Source: Acanthaster planci (Eukaryota). Taken from it: a stretch of 64,000 bases of DNA. The stretch is from NCBI RefSeq assembly GCF_001949145.1, contig NW_019091358.1, positions 155,984 to 219,983 on the forward strand, written 5' to 3'. The position numbers were made by a program, and so were the translations under genes. Under the pieces are notes generated by a model. That model did not search any database. It was given only the letters and a program-made list of their open reading frames with translations, and was not told the DNA's origin. This document shows positions 49,710 to 64,000 of this stretch, piece by piece (within the stretch, counting starts at the first letter, position 1; each line of letters starts with the position of its first letter).

Positions 49710-51194
49710 GTATGTAGGAATTTTCAACATGCGTCAAAAGTCAATGAATGCTTGCTTGAGTTGCAGCACTTCATTTTTATCCATGATGGTTTTGGCTCAG
49801 TAGGCCAACCTGCTAAAAATGTCACAATCTGTATAACATTGTTACATTGCCTGGATGTGCAGACAAATATCAAATTACAAGTGATTCACATTCAGATTCT
49901 TTCGGTCCTATCCCATGAACTAACATTGGCCTTGATGTTTTCTAATTTGGATCTGACACCCTGAGTTGGGCAACATTTGTGGCCTTTGATTAGGGCTAAG
50001 TCATATGAACTTTACTTCTGGAGTCAAGTTGTGTCAGTTTTGAATGTTGAAATCAGATCAAAATGCCAAACCTGAAATCAAAACATAAATCAGTATCTTT
50101 CACATGGTTCATAGGATGAAAATGGAACCCAGTGTAAACTTGAATAATGTCAAGACATGTTGTGTGTATGATATCACAATTGACATCATTTGAAAATAGA
50201 TTGCTAGTAATTTAAGGTCAAATTTAAAGATATATCTTGAATTACACATTTTCATTTCAAGTATGCATAAGTACACATGTACATATGACTAAAAGTAGAA
50301 TGTTAAGCATGAAGTCTAAAAGTAACATTTACCTATGCATTTTTCCTTAGTGCTGTCAGGCCATTTGCTAAAGTGTTATCAACTGTGGTGGAACCCTGCC
50401 CATAAAATGCCCTTCCTTTTTCTTTGTATCAGAGCTAACAGACATGTATTTTTACATTTCCTGAATTCCTTGAGTTTCTGGACTTTGTTGATGCATTACT
50501 TTTTAAATATTGATTGACTGTGTAGTTTCAACTACAGTACATTGCATTTGAAAGTTAAGGCTGTGAAAAGGAATGGGAAAAAATAGGAAAGGAATTCACA
50601 TTTTGCATTTTGACCACAACTTTTCCCCCCTGCGAATTCGCAGTGAATTCTCAGCGAATCGGATGTGAAAGGGGCAAACGACATGCAAAAACAGTGCGAA
50701 AATCATGCGAATCTTCTGTGAACACAGGGTGAAACATTTGCGAAAAACATTGAGAAAAAAAAAGTGTAAAAAATTTTGCGGAAGCGGTGCAAAAGGTTCC
50801 GAAAATTATGCGGAAACTTGCAAAAACGAGATACATTTTGCAGCAAAAATGCTCCACACTGCCACACGCGAAGGACTATTAATTATGCAGTGAAGAGTCC
50901 ATTACCCAGGCTGCGCTGCGCTTGGGGCCGGTCATGGCCAACTCACCACGTGGAGTGTGCTGTTGTAGTCTAGTAGCGATTTCCTCGGCCGAGCCGTCCA
51001 GTCCATGCAACAGGATTGCGAGGACTTGCTCACCACGGCGAGCTGTGCCTGTGTGGCACAGTTGTTTTCTTGGATTACCATAAATAATTACTTGTCTATG
51101 TTGGAGAATAAATTTTTAAAAAGTTGTCTGGATTTTGAGTAATTAAACGGGAGTCCCCAAGTCATGAAGTCACGAAGCACATGAGTACAACAAA

Positions 51195-51400
51195 CTTAAC
51201 TTGCTCTGCTGTGATGACATGCGTTATTTGCCTACTTTTTATTTATTCTCGTGGTGTAGTTTGGCACACAAAATAATCAACATTGAGATACTACATCATG
51301 TAGTATCTTACCAAAAGGTTGCTTTCTACCGAAAATAAAATCAGCTGCTTTAATTGTACATGTATCTTCATGTAACAAATCTTTTTTTTTGCCGATTATG
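51195..51400 (-). repeat. Dispersed repeat; inverted copy of 31505-31710
   Basis: Reverse-complement similarity over about 200 bp. Confidence 0.8.
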
Positions 51401-53329
51401 GACCAACCAATTTTATCTTACTTAGGCGAAAATCTGACTCATGCGAAGAAGACAAAATGTACATGGCCCCCAAGAAATATGACACAAAGTAACAATGTTT
51501 CTAACATCAAACATCATTTCATTTTCACACTACATATGCTGTACAAAGTAAATTACAGCATGTTTCACTGATCGTACTACACAAGTTTGTACCTTGAGCA
51601 TTGCCAACACAGTGTACATGTACTTCGGTAGCTGTACTTAGCCCAGCCACCTTGTCCAATAAAAATGAGTCTGTGATCACACAGTAACATAGACATTTTT
51701 CCAGCCAGAAGTCAAGATCATTCATGCAGTATGGCAATGGGAGTTGAGCACGAGATGGAGCTCAAGCCAAGGTTATAGGCTGCTGCTTGAAAGTATGATG
51801 TGTACACGTGCAGCCCACGTGATATTTGCAGATACCGCTGCTGTGAAAACCCAGTGGAACTGCTGCCAAATGATTGATTTGAACATGAAAATACAAAATA
51901 TTCCCCAAATCCTTGTGTTTACTAGAGTGAATAAATGTACGAAAATGCTTTTTTCATAAATCCTACTTAAAAGAGGTAAAACAAACTGTATTTTAAAAAT
52001 GCTCCAGATTGATTTGTTCCAGAAAGTGAAAATCGAACTTTCGTGGTCCAACTTTTAGGTAAAGAATTTTATTAAGAACAACATGAGAAATCAAATGTTC
52101 CAAGCAATTTTATCCAAGGTAAGCAAAAATCTTACTTATCTGAGGTTTATGGGTACCAGTAATTTACTGTGAATTAAACTACTGTTAATGTATTTTTTCT
52201 ATGAAGAGATTCTGTAAAAAAAGACTACCTGATAAGGACCAGTTGAAATGTCTGTGGGCTAGCTAAAGTCTAGGCCAGCTGGCCCTGCTGACCAGTTGAA
52301 AAACGGTTGAAGGCAAACACTGCTTACATCCCACTCTTCCCGTTATTGGGCATTTACCATGATCTGTGGTCAGTCACCAGGTGCAAAACTGCCTCACCCC
52401 AGTTTGACCCAGGTAGGACCACAGAAGATATATCTCCCTCCATTCCCTCACTCCTAATAATAATAATAAATTCTTAATATAGCGTTTTCCATAAAATCGG
52501 TTTGCCTCATGTATAAAAATTTATTTCGTCTGCCACACCGTTCAGCCTACAGGTGTGGATGTCAGGGCAGGCGACTCAAATGTTGTTGAAAACATGTACG
52601 TTATACTTTCCCCACTTAGGCTTACAGAATATCCATTTTTAAATCACACAAATAATCTAAGATACAGTTTGAGAAAATAGGAACAATGCAGTTTGGAGTT
52701 GTGAAATACATTTACATTACAACGATGTGTGATTATGCTTCCCACAGCAGCATTATAAAGACCCACAAATATTACAACATAAGTCGAAAAAGCGATGTAC
52801 ACCCGGGGCCCCATATCTACACGTACGTGTGTGCCGCAGTAACGCTACATGGGCCTACACAGTACCTACACACTTGTACAATGATCGCCAAACTTCATTT
52901 TTACTTAAACTTTTCAGGCCCAAAATATCACCATTTTTTCCTCCAAAACATGACTGAAATTTACATTAGAATGATCCATGATCTCCTGCAGTTATATTGA
53001 CATAGGACCCCAGTCATTACTTTCCCAAATGAAACATGAATTATTATCACCAAAATTGATCTATAATTATGACAAAGTTACCTGTGGATGTCAGGGCAGG
53101 CGACTGCCGGAGCCCGCGCATGTAGTAACTTAGCAACAATAAGTATGATGTAATAGTTAAAAAGAGCCTAATTTTCCTGTACCTAATTCCTATAAGATGT
53201 TATGATAAATGACAATAAACCCAACCTGGTTAGATATTTGTTTTTGAAAGTATGGAAATTTTACAATCCAACAAAATAAAGATTTTCTTTCCAAAAATAA
53301 GTACTAATAATAGTAATGAAATGTGCTTA

Positions 53330-55740
53330 TTTATGTGTTTGCCAATGCGTCTGACTCCAGTAATTAATGTAAATAAACGCGGAACCCGACTTGTAGAACT
53401 AACAGGATGACCTTGAAAGTAAACTATCGACCAACAAATTATGTTTATGAGAAAATAATACTAATCCATTACCCTCTAATAAATAATCTAAATAATAATT
53501 ACAAATGGAGCATTTAACCCCTTACAATACCATGCGGGTTCTACCTCTCAAGAAAGAGTTCAGCCAATCATGAACCCTCCCCCAATTCAAACCGGTACTT
53601 CAAATGGTTTAAAAGGATATCATGGTCAACCATGGCAAAAGCGGCGGATAGGTCAAGCATAATTAAAACAACATCATTCTGCCTATCAAGAGCACGCATA
53701 ACGTCATTCTGCACCCTTAAAAGTGCAGTTTCAGTGCTGTGATCTTTATGATATGCAGATTGAAATTTGCCATACAAGGCGTTTTCCTGAAAATGTACAT
53801 GAAGTTGAATTAAAGCAGCATTTTCCAGAAATTTATCAAAAAAGGAGCAGTTTGAAACTGGACGGTAATTTTTCAGTACGTTTTTATCTAGTCCGACTTT
53901 TTTGATCAGTAGACAAACGATTGCCTCCTTGCATACATCCGAAATGCACCAGACTCAAAGGAAGTATTCACAATACTGCACAATACAGGAGATAAAATAT
54001 CCAGACAGTCTTTAACCAAACTGGTTGGCATCGGGTCTAATGAACATGTTTTTGAACACATTTTACAAACCTATTGTTTCACAGCGTCAACATTTAAAGA
54101 ATCAAAGTCATTCATCTGGGACAAATATTGTTTTCTCTCAGAAAACACAAATTCTTCTGCCATAGGTTGTAAATTTGATCTGATATTCAGAATCTTCTGA
54201 GAAAAATAGTCCGCAAAAATGCTAGGCAGATTGGATGAATCTAAATCAAGTAAGACGTGTTTGGTAAATCTCTTACAACCAGATAATCTATCAACGATTG
54301 AAAACAGTTCTTTGGTATCAGCGGATTCAATGTGATTACGATGAAAATTAGCCTTTAATTCATTCAATTGCAAATGGTACGATGCCCGCATTGCTTTATA
54401 TGTCTGACCATGAACCTCAAGTTTTGAATTTAACCATTTCCTTTCAAGACTCCATAAGAGCCTTCGTTCCTCAATTAGCTCCGTTGAGAACCACTCAGCC
54501 CTGGGTTTATCAATTAACGTTTTCATTCGACAGGGCGCATGCATCTCAATAGCACCACTGAGAGCAGAGTTATTAACTTTACACAGCGTGTTTACATCCA
54601 TGCTATGTAGATCATTTAATGATGACGAAATTGATTCTTTCAACGATTCCAAATCAAGGTTCTTATGGACGCGATGCTGTTTTACTATTTTAGCTGGAGG
54701 CAATCGATGTAAAGCCGATGTAAAATGAATAGCAGAATGATCAGGCATAGTTGTATCAATATCAAAATTAATAGTCACCCATGGATCAGCACTTCATGCT
54801 AACACCAAGTCTAGAGTATGTCCCTTGACATGCGTAGGGCCGACAACATGTTGAACTAAACCAAAAGAAGTGTACAAGTCAATAAATTGTCTGGCATCAC
54901 CACAACTGGGTCATCAACATGAGTGTCGAAATCCCCCAATACTACAAGATGGCCCGGGGATGTCAAAGCTTGCTCCATTAAAAAACTCTATATAGTAACT
55001 CGGTGGGTGTCAGAGTAAGGTGGCCTGTAAGCTAAAATAATATGAAGCTGTTCATGATCAGTGTCGATTCTAGTGTCCATAACTTCCATTGATTTGAAGG
55101 AGTCACATATATTTTTTACCACTTTTAAGTTCGATCGCGCCAAAATAGCAAGACCACCACCTCTCCGTTTACACCTGGGCACAAGATGAGTAGTAAAACC
55201 AGATATGGAAGATAAAAAATTTGCATTAATGGAATAGCTGGTTTTATCGGTTATCCATGACTCTCAAATCAAGAAAACATCCGTGTGGTTAGCAATAATT
55301 GATGAGCTTAATGCAGGGACTTTCCCATCCCTCAGGCGGGCATTCCACAGTGTGAAGTTCAAACATCCACGTAAGTAGTAGGAGGACTGACACTTTACAT
55401 TCACACGTGTGGTAAGTCTGTCCGAAGGTTGGATTGTCGGCTGATGTTGAAAAACATCAACAACCGCTGGAATTGGTACAGGTGGAAACTTTGAATGGTG
55501 TTTCACACCTCGCTTCCCACAGATTTTTTTCAAAATCCGCAATGACCAAAGGTTTTCAAAATTTGACTTTGAAAGGAAACACCTGTACTTTCGAAACGCA
55601 ACTGAAGCAGTACCGCCCGAGGTGCAACCATCCGTTGCTTGGTATTTATCACTATACAGTCCTTTACTGCAATCCTTTATACAGCATTCAAACCTGCCAA
55701 CATTTCTGGGCCGGGGTTCTCCAGAACACCCTTGCACACA
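53330..55740 (-). mobile_element. L2/CR1-clade LINE ORF2 remnant (APE endonuclease plus N-terminal RT)
   Basis: LWNAR, RRGGGLA, AYRPP, LGDFD, PTHVKGHTLDLV, PDH; RT QSAYHKDHSTETALLRVQND..LDLSAAF. A possible 3' (TTA)n tail lies near 52455. Confidence 0.88.
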
Positions 55741-55744
55741 GTCA

Positions 55745-57475
55745 AGTCAAGCAGGGGATCAGGTCCAGGAACGAAAAGTGACAGGATGACCTGCGTGGTA
55801 ATTTCCCTTGAAGAGCTCATCTCACAATGCCAGGCAATACACAGGATGACAACCTTGGAAACTTTTGCAGGAAAGCTATGCCGGGGCCATGCAGAGGGGT
55901 ACGACTGCCAGTGCGGTTTGCCGCACCACATCCAGTGGCAACTAGCGGGCGAGTTGGTGTGGTCCGCGGTAATGGCAAGTGACGTGTTCGGCCTAAGGGG
56001 TATCACAGGCCCCTCTGCAAGCTACAGGAACGAGCAGCGACACGGTTGCCAGAGTACCTGTCAACACTCCAGTGGACATGCATGCTAGCACAGTGCTGGA
56101 GGTCCCAGATACGCCCATGGGCACGTGCAAAGGGGGGCACCACCTCCAGTGTCAGCGGCTACTACCCCGTGGGTTGCGCTAGCTCCTTCGACAGATCCCT
56201 CTCTGGCTCTGATGACTAGCGCTGCTAGTAGTACTGCTTCTGGTGACACGCAGCTCTGCTTGCAAACACGATGGCAATGCCATCACCGCGTTCACGGTGA
56301 TGACTGTGTCAGCTTCTGTCCAGACAGCGGGGCAAATGGCTATCCCGACAATGCGCACGGGTACCTCGCTCGGGTGTGTCGTGCCCTTTGTCACCAAAGA
56401 GAAAATATGGTGGGGCAAGTTTGTCGATTTTGCCCAGCTATATCTGGACAATGCAACAGCTGCACTAGCCCACGTCCATAGAGGGACAGAAATGATGCTG
56501 TCCCTTAAGGGATGCCGCATGGTCTTTAAACCGGCGGCCGCAACACAAAAGAAAATTGACTCCGTTGATAAGTGGTTGTCCTCTTTTCACACCTTCATGG
56601 CGGTTTATCTCTTAAAACACCCTGCCCAGGCTGGGGAATTGCTGAAATACATGTACGCAGAGACGATTCGCACAGTGTTGCACCAATTTCCCCAGCTTGG
56701 GTGGCAAGCCTACGATGAGGAATTCTGCCTGCGCTGGGCAGCAGACCCATTGAGTTTGTGGGCAGCAATGGATCTCAAGTTATGGGTGACTGTTGCTGCG
56801 GCATCAGGTGGGTTTGGTGCTTCTAATACGTGGACATTTCTTGGTAGTGAGGCTGGTGCTGAATTTGGTGTGGACCTAAGGGTTGCAGCTATGTCAAGTG
56901 CAAATTTCTTCATAAGTGTAGTGTGTGTGCAGGGTTTGGGGATGGTGCACAGGCATGTCAGATAGGCAGGAGGGATGCACCCCGGTAAGGCATATGTTGC
57001 TGGCAAACCACACAGCCGGCCGACCGGCTAACTCATCTGTATTTGTAGCCAACTCAAGCCTGTGATGCACTATGGAGAGCATCATTAAGCACAGTGCCCT
57101 GGCTGGTAAGCAAGCTAACTTTCGTACCCCCAACTCCAATTAGAGTGGCCGTTTTATTGCAATGGTTGACAAATTATCCTGACCAAGCGGAGGCAGCTCT
57201 TTTGCTTAACAGTTTTTCACATGGGTTTTCAGTGGAGTATTTTGGAGCTAGGAAACTGTGGGACTCTGAGAGTCTTCCCTCTATGGCGCGTCAACCAGCA
57301 GTGGTTAGATAAAAATTACGGAAAGAGATTGACATGGGTCGTATTGCCAGGCCATTTACTATGAGCCCGCTCCCGCACTTGCAGTGCTCTCCAGTCGGGT
57401 TGGTACCCAAAAGTGAACCCAACTCATTTTGCTTGATTCATCATCTCTCCTTTTCAGCTGGAGGATCGGTCAAAT
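55745..57475 (+). mobile_element. Ngaro/DIRS-type YR retrotransposon fragment (gag-like ORF plus RT N-terminus)
   Basis: KEKIW.GKFVDF..WLSSFHTF..ELLKY..GWQAYDEEF..DLKLW; PTPIR..GFSVEY..KEIDMGRIARPF..SPVGLVPK..LIHHLSF. Confidence 0.8.
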
Positions 57476-58229
57476 CCCTTGCACATGTGCTTTACGTCAA
57501 TTATCCGTTTGACTGTGATCATACATCAAAGCCTATCCTCCATTAATTGTGAAGCCCTCTTCAATTACATTTGTATTTGTAATGTTTGAATTTTGTTACT
57601 GTAAAAAAGGCCCAAGCAAGGCCTGGGTCTGAAAAATACTAGACCTAGCATTGGCTAGATGGAAGAGATGCATGTCGTTTACTGTATGTACTATCTCTAG
57701 ACACAAATGGCACGTATACACATTCCAGGTATGGTGTTAAAGCGAGGTCAAGGGTCACAGTATACGGCTGTTCTGTTACATCTTTTTTTTTTCGTAAAGC
57801 AAAACTTTAACACTTGAATAACAGGTATTTGAGATGTACTGTTCTCAAACGTTTTGATGTCTCTAATCATTAGCTAATCATCAACTAATCATTGAGCAGT
57901 TGTGAACTAATAATTTTCTAAACATGAATTGGTTATTTTGCTGTTTGGTAACAAGTGGCAAATGGTAGTCCTCTTTTTGCTTCTTTGCCAACTGTAGCCA
58001 GTAAAGGTACTTATATAGTTCAATAAATTTGGCAACCTGTAAACTATTTGATGCTAAACTGACTGTTTGCTTGTGAGTGCTAACTTTTGTCTCAGTGGTA
58101 GTTTTTCAGCCTTTCAGACATGACTATGTAAATGTATGTGGCTAAACTGCTGATGGGGGTTAACATAATACATGTCATTAATCCATTATTTGGATACACA
58201 TTTTGTTGCTAGTGTACACCGTTTAGGTG

Positions 58230-59210
58230 TTGATGTTTAAGCTTCAGTGAGTCTTTGTGACTTTCGTACAGCCTAACCAGTGCGTGTGTGGTAAACTTGA
58301 TCAGAATTTTTGTTTGTGTCCACCGGACTATCTTTCACAAGTTCAGTTTGTCCATGAGAAGGCTTAGTTTGGCCTTTGTTTGACTTTGTTCAGTTCTGGT
58401 CTTTCGATGTTCCTTGGGTTGCAATACGCTCGTCGTCTGGGAAGCGTGTATGATGCTGAATTTCAGTGAGCTTTGCTGTAGAGAACTTCACCACGTACAT
58501 GTATGTGGCGGTGTCAAGCTCAATGTGAGGACCAAATGCTGGACTGAGCCTCGACAGTGCATCTGCCAGCACCATTTCACGTCCAGGGCAGTCAGTTATC
58601 CCACAGTCATAGGGCTGGAGGCAGAGCATCTTGCGTTGCAGCCTTAGGGGAACATTGGCCATGCTCTTGTGCTGTATGTTTTCCAGCGGTTTGTGGTCAG
58701 ATTCGACTGTGAAGTTGGATCCGTAGATGTATGTGTGGAAGTGAGTACAGCTAAATACTACGGCCAACAGTTCTCCTTCGATGTTTTCATACCGCTTCTC
58801 TGTATTCGTGAGAGCCTTGCCTGCAAATGCGATTGGTTTGCCACCCTGTAGAAGAGCTGCACCGTCGCTTTGTGGGCGTCAAAGTATGTCAGGGTGCACT
58901 CAGCGCTGATCAGTGATTTGACGTTGTCAAATGCTTTCTGGTGCGATGCTGACCACTGCCAGTCACTATCTGTGCATGTGAGTGCTCACAAAGGATTGGT
59001 GTGGTCTGCGAGGTGTGGTACGAAAGGTGACATATACTGTACTAGACCAAGAAACTGTTGCATCTCATTCACGTTGGCCGGTGCTGGGAGGGCATGAATG
59101 TCGCTGACTTTGGTTGGGTTAAGGTGTACCCCTTGAGCATCGTAGTAGCAGCAAAAAAATTTGATGGTCTTTTGCCAAAATCTGTCTACAGTGTTACGCC
59201 AAGACACACC
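58230..59210 (-). mobile_element. Gypsy pol fragment (RT thumb and RNase H)
   Basis: QQFLGLVQYMSPFVP, FHTYIYGSNFTVESDHKPLE, PLRLQR, ADALSR. Confidence 0.85.
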
Positions 59211-60499
59211 TCACCGACTGCCTAGATTCGCCGCTGCCACCGTGTAATGTTGTTAGGGTTGTATAAGAGACAGAATATAGCTCCCGACCAACCCTTATTT
59301 TTCGTCAGGACCCTAAAATTTTTATCGGAAAGTTAGAAAAACAAGTTTATAAAATATGAAAAAATTTAAATCCTGCTGTCTTTTCTGTCTTCACAAAAAA
59401 CCTTTCAATAACCTTTTCTCGGGTTAAAATGCTTCTCTTTATATGTTTTCCTAGTTACATTTGCAGTTTTTGAAAGAAAGTTCCATGATTTTTACGAGTT
59501 GCTTTGCGTTTTGCTTCGCAGTAGGTCCTACGTGCACAAAGCTCAGTGCAGTAAACAAGGCTGCGCTGGTTCCCACCGTGCCTATGCAAAAGAACGCTTG
59601 GTGGAAATGTGCCAACCAGTGCGTACGTCCCGCTCGTACATGTACACGCATGCAACCCCCATTACACTTAAGTGAGTAGAACTGCCAATCTGTTTGTACA
59701 TGCCAATACAGCAGAAGACCTGTTCACCATTACCTGTTAATTTCCTTGCTTGCTTGTAGTTGTACAGCGCACCTTCCTTATCTGAGGCACAAGTATCTGT
59801 TCAGCTAAATCATAAAACTTGTACAAATTTGTTGCCTTGAATAAAAGCGGTCATCATTGAATAAGGGAGTAAAATAAATATGCGCAAGTTGATATCTGGA
59901 TCGTGCTGAACAACTAGGATGTGCTTAACCATTGTCAGTGCTAGTCCAAGTAAATTGAACTCAAAGCATTCTTTTTTAACATTTGGATATGGTTGAAATG
60001 TTTTGCAGAAGGCCACCGTAGAGTTACCCAAGTTACTCAGAATATCATGTGAATACCAATTCAGAACTAACGGGAGTCAGTTATGTTCCCCTAACATCAC
60101 TGTCCAGAGCTACAGAACACAGAAAGTGCAGAAAAACTTCAATTTAGAATGTTAATTGCCTACCAGTTCTGACAGTTCATCCAGCTTCCAAACTCAGCTG
60201 GTTGCCGAACTACCGTCATGATCGTCTGCTACCAGCATGGCTCATGATCGTTATAATGCCACATTTGGTGTCCAATCCTTCTGCAATTTCCAGCTCCAGT
60301 GCATGCATTTCATTTTAGTTCAGCTTTTGTGGAATAAGCTTGGAATTCTCTGATCAAGCAAAGTCCAACAAGCAATCAATTCATGCAATTTCAGTCGTGA
60401 GATGTCCCAAGAGGTCTGAAAAAACAAACATGTGCCCGTCGAAAATTTCCATGTGTTGACATGACCATGAGAGGTCATTGTGCTGTGTGCAGTGGACGG

Positions 60500-62045
60500 T
60501 TTGTGTTGAGTACTGCTTTAACAATCAATTGACCCAATAGGAAATCTCAGAGTTCATTTCCCTTGATGTTTTACAACATTTTGCACAACCTTCAAGCCAA
60601 ATCATCTAGAAATCACACTGAGCAATAAGGTTAATATCGACCGATCGCACAGGTCAGCTCGCAGATTGCACATGGATATATTGCATTATAAGCATATGAA
60701 CTGTGTATGTTCTGAGTCAATGGGGTGAAAATGTGTATAAAGTCAGTGGGACAAATTAAATCTTCAAAATTAAATAATAAATCATTTCATGATGTCAAAG
60801 TGACATCATTCCTCTAGGGCCATCTATGCTGTATAGGCTTTGGTTGAACCAAGTTTCATTTTGTGGAGTGGCCAAAGTCCATGCCATTCTGGCAGTTGAA
60901 AAATGTATACAAAATATATGGGAAAAAAATTAAATATTCAAAATTCTATAATAAACCAGGTAATGAGATGATGACGACATCATGATTTGGGATACATCCT
61001 CGGGTGGTAATCTTACAATGTCCTGGGTTTGAAAGAAATCAACCCAAAGTAAGGACCAACAGTGATGTGTAGAACGACCCCATGTTATGTCAAAAGACCA
61101 AAATTTGAAAGAGAAAAAAAAAGTTGACTTGTTTTGTCTGTTAAGCAAAAGAACGTAGGGCTTTTCCGCATTTCTAAGCTTTGAAATATATTTGAAATAT
61201 ACGTTTGTGGAGTATTCTTTATTGGTAAGTGTCCCAAAAAGCCCCTTGAAATGTACAAAGTCTATGAGAGAAATCAAATATTAAAAACTCAATAAGCAAT
61301 CAAGTGATGATGTCATCACTATGTTATCAAATGAAAACTATTTGACGACACTGTCTTTGTTTGAGGCAAGTTTTATTACAATGCAATACATTTAAATGTT
61401 CCAAGAAGCCACTCGAATCTGCGTACAAAGTCAATGGGCAAAAAATAAAGATTAAAAATCAATAACAAATGAAGTCACCATGACGTCATGTTTCTAGGCA
61501 CATCTGTGCTATAGAGTTTTTGCTTTGTTTAAGTTTGAAAAAGATCGAAGCTTGCTGAGGGACAAAAGTGCCGCGTAGAAAAAATGTGTACAAAATGGGT
61601 TTTGAGGAGAAGAAGAAAAGCTATAGCCTATCTGTTGCCAACAGAACAGATGGCTTTTTTGCCTTTTGAAATTTGACCAATTAATCTCCAGCATAAACCT
61701 TATGGTGGGATTATTTGATCATGTCCATAGAGGTTCAAGTTTGGAACCCAATTGGATATGCACTTCATAACACTTGGGAGAGTGCCCCTTTAATGTCACA
61801 TGACATGATTACAGGCAGTCCGCACGCACAATAGCCAATGCACTCTATGCGAATTGGATTTTCAAGTTCACAATATTGTAAGGGGGTTTTCGTCATCGGG
61901 GCTTCATCTGTGTGAAGAAGTACACCACTTATGCACCAAGTAAGCTTGTGAATTTTTTCGCAGGCTCTCAGACAAGCACTTAGTATACAGTGTTTATCAA
62001 TATATACATTGGGTAAGGGCAAAACCCGTTATAAATTAATAAAAG
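60500..62045 (+). repeat. Composite dispersed repeat with degenerate internal subunits (possibly a Helentron-type non-autonomous element)
   Basis: Recurrent tacaaagtcaatggg, gatgacgtca and ccaagtttca motifs; its end is shared with 3085-3190; related motifs recur at 63940-64000. Confidence 0.5.
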
Positions 62046-63125
62046 GACTTGTTATCAGAACCTCCGGTTTGATGACGTCATCAGCCCAAAATTTCACACG
62101 TGTTAGCTGGCGCCCGCCAATTACGTGATGTCATCAGTTGATGATTTGAAGAATACTGTTTCCTCACCTACTAACACCATTTAAAGGAAGTTGACATCTA
62201 TTACCACTTTCAAACAATAAGCCCACTTCCGGTTTCGACAGGAAGGAGGGGTCATATGATTTGACCCGCACAAGATGAATAAGCCACTTGCGAGTTAAAT
62301 TTGAATAAAATCTATTACACCGAGTTATTTGATTGCACACAAATGTAACAATTTTAATTCCCCAGACTAAAGACGCTGCTGCTGTACCTCATGATTCGGG
62401 GAAAGCTTTTGAATAGCGACCACCATCTCTTGAATGGACTGGTTCCTTTGTGAACAGTGTATTGGTACAAGGCATCTCTTGCATAACTAAGCAAAAGCTT
62501 GCGCTGAATCTAAAGGTATAGCAACAGTGTTTTTAGTATGAAGAATTCAAATTTTTATGTTCCTGTGAATTTAAAGAACTCAAGAGTACCAGATTTTATT
62601 CAAGGGTCACTCGCAAAAGACTTATATTGAAGACCATATTTTTCTCTTGCAGTTGCCTAAAACAGAATGTTGCGGGAGGGCAGGGTTGGTTTTATATGGT
62701 TTTAACAATATTAGTGTAATATTTAAATATTCAAAATTTAATAATAAATCACTTGATGATGTCATCTTGACATATTTATTTCAGTATTGTCTTTGTTTCG
62801 TTGTCTTTCCCTGGTGTAACTCTGATGACATTTGAATATTGCTCAGGCCCCAGGTCAAAATAGCAACAGTTCACCAAGCAGGAAATGATTGCCCTTAATC
62901 CCCTTTCAAACCATTGCCTGATTCAACTGCAAGTGGGTAATGATTGCAAGAGAGTGTTTCCCAAAAGGGAGTTGGCTATGGGGCAATCTCTTAATGCATA
63001 CCACTATTTCCCCCACCTTAGTGCAAAAGCCTCGACTCCCAGCTTTCCATGAATGGTTATTGTGCATCGGCTTTGATGTGTAAATTGGGCCAGTTCCTCC
63101 ACAGGCTTAGCACAGCTTATTCAGA

Positions 63126-63313
63126 CATTTGAAGCAAGATATGAGACGGAGAGAACCCCCCCCCACCTTTGTGTTGGTCATTGTTTGATCGGAATCTCAG
63201 GAATTCTTCACAGACTTCTGGGGGGGATGTGTTAGGTAACAATAGTCTAGAGTGTGTATATGGATTGGACAGGTAAAGGGGGTACCCCTCTGTCCCATAT
63301 CTTGCCTGGTATA
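63126..63313 (+). repeat. ~185-bp MITE-like dispersed repeat, copy 2
   Basis: Similar to 16341-16521. Confidence 0.8.
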
Positions 63314-64000
63314 TATTCAGAAGGGCAAAGTAATTAATCTCTTAACAGAACACTAACTCCATCAGAGTCTGCAGGCCTACATGCATCACTAAGTCTCGTG
63401 TCATTAAATTAAAATATGGAGTTTTCTTTTCCAAATCTAGCACTGTCAGGCAGTGATTTCCACATTATAGATTTGTCAGAGATTGGAATAGACAATAGAC
63501 AAATTGGAGAACATTATAGATGCAACAATTACAGGACTTCAAAATCAATCTAAAAAAGTAAAATAGGCAAAGTCAACTAATGTTGGTATTTAAGGGCAGT
63601 GTGGCAAACTGAAGGAAAAATATCCATATCCATGTAAACGGTCCTACAAACCCAACCCCACAAAACACTGTTGAGATATCAATAGGCTCGGGTCCCAGCT
63701 GTTGATAAACTGCACAATGACTCAACCACCAGCCACAATGGAATGTAATCCTTAAAGCTCTCTATTGTTACAAAACATCACCCAGGAGTGGTGTTCATCA
63801 AACCACAAGCCAATTAGCTAGTTACTCCCTATTGTTGCCTGCTTTACTCTGAAGCTGGTAAGGAGCTGATCATTTATCTATCATTCCCCACTTCATGAAC
63901 CATTTCTATTTTGCCTTAACAACCGTAATTTTGCCTTAAAATTGTGTACAAAGTCAATGGGCTGATATAAATATTTAAATATCAATAATCAATCAGTTGA

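Noticed and set aside
63469..63553. Next LRRC9 exon (DLSEIG...)
   Set aside because: No LRR pattern, early stop and inconsistent acceptor phase; the next exon is probably beyond the window

Overview
Repeat-rich animal (probably marine invertebrate) genomic DNA with three N-gaps. Ten internal coding exons of an LRRC9 ortholog lie on the + strand (12017-49709); all have AG/GT boundaries and join in phase. The first ~10.2 kb is the right arm of a decayed endogenous Polinton/Maverick (adintovirus-like) dsDNA virus, probably inside an LRRC9 intron. It carries a major capsid protein, a minor capsid (penton) with a coiled-coil insert, an internally deleted A32-type packaging ATPase, a retroviral-type integrase, a Zn-ribbon/HNH endonuclease, a putative ssDNA-binding protein, a (Cxx)n repeat protein and several small membrane-type ORFs. 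Three genes share an upstream motif, and the arm ends in an ...ACTACT terminus at 10194. No pPolB or protease gene is visible in the window. The introns are filled with degenerate TEs: DIRS and Ngaro-type YR retrotransposons, several Gypsy elements, a solo LTR, a Penelope-like element with a minimal hammerhead ribozyme, an L2/CR1 LINE, a Zator-like transposase with introns, and piggyBac, hAT and Tc1/pogo-type remnants and MITEs. All family assignments come from motif recognition by eye; no database search was run.
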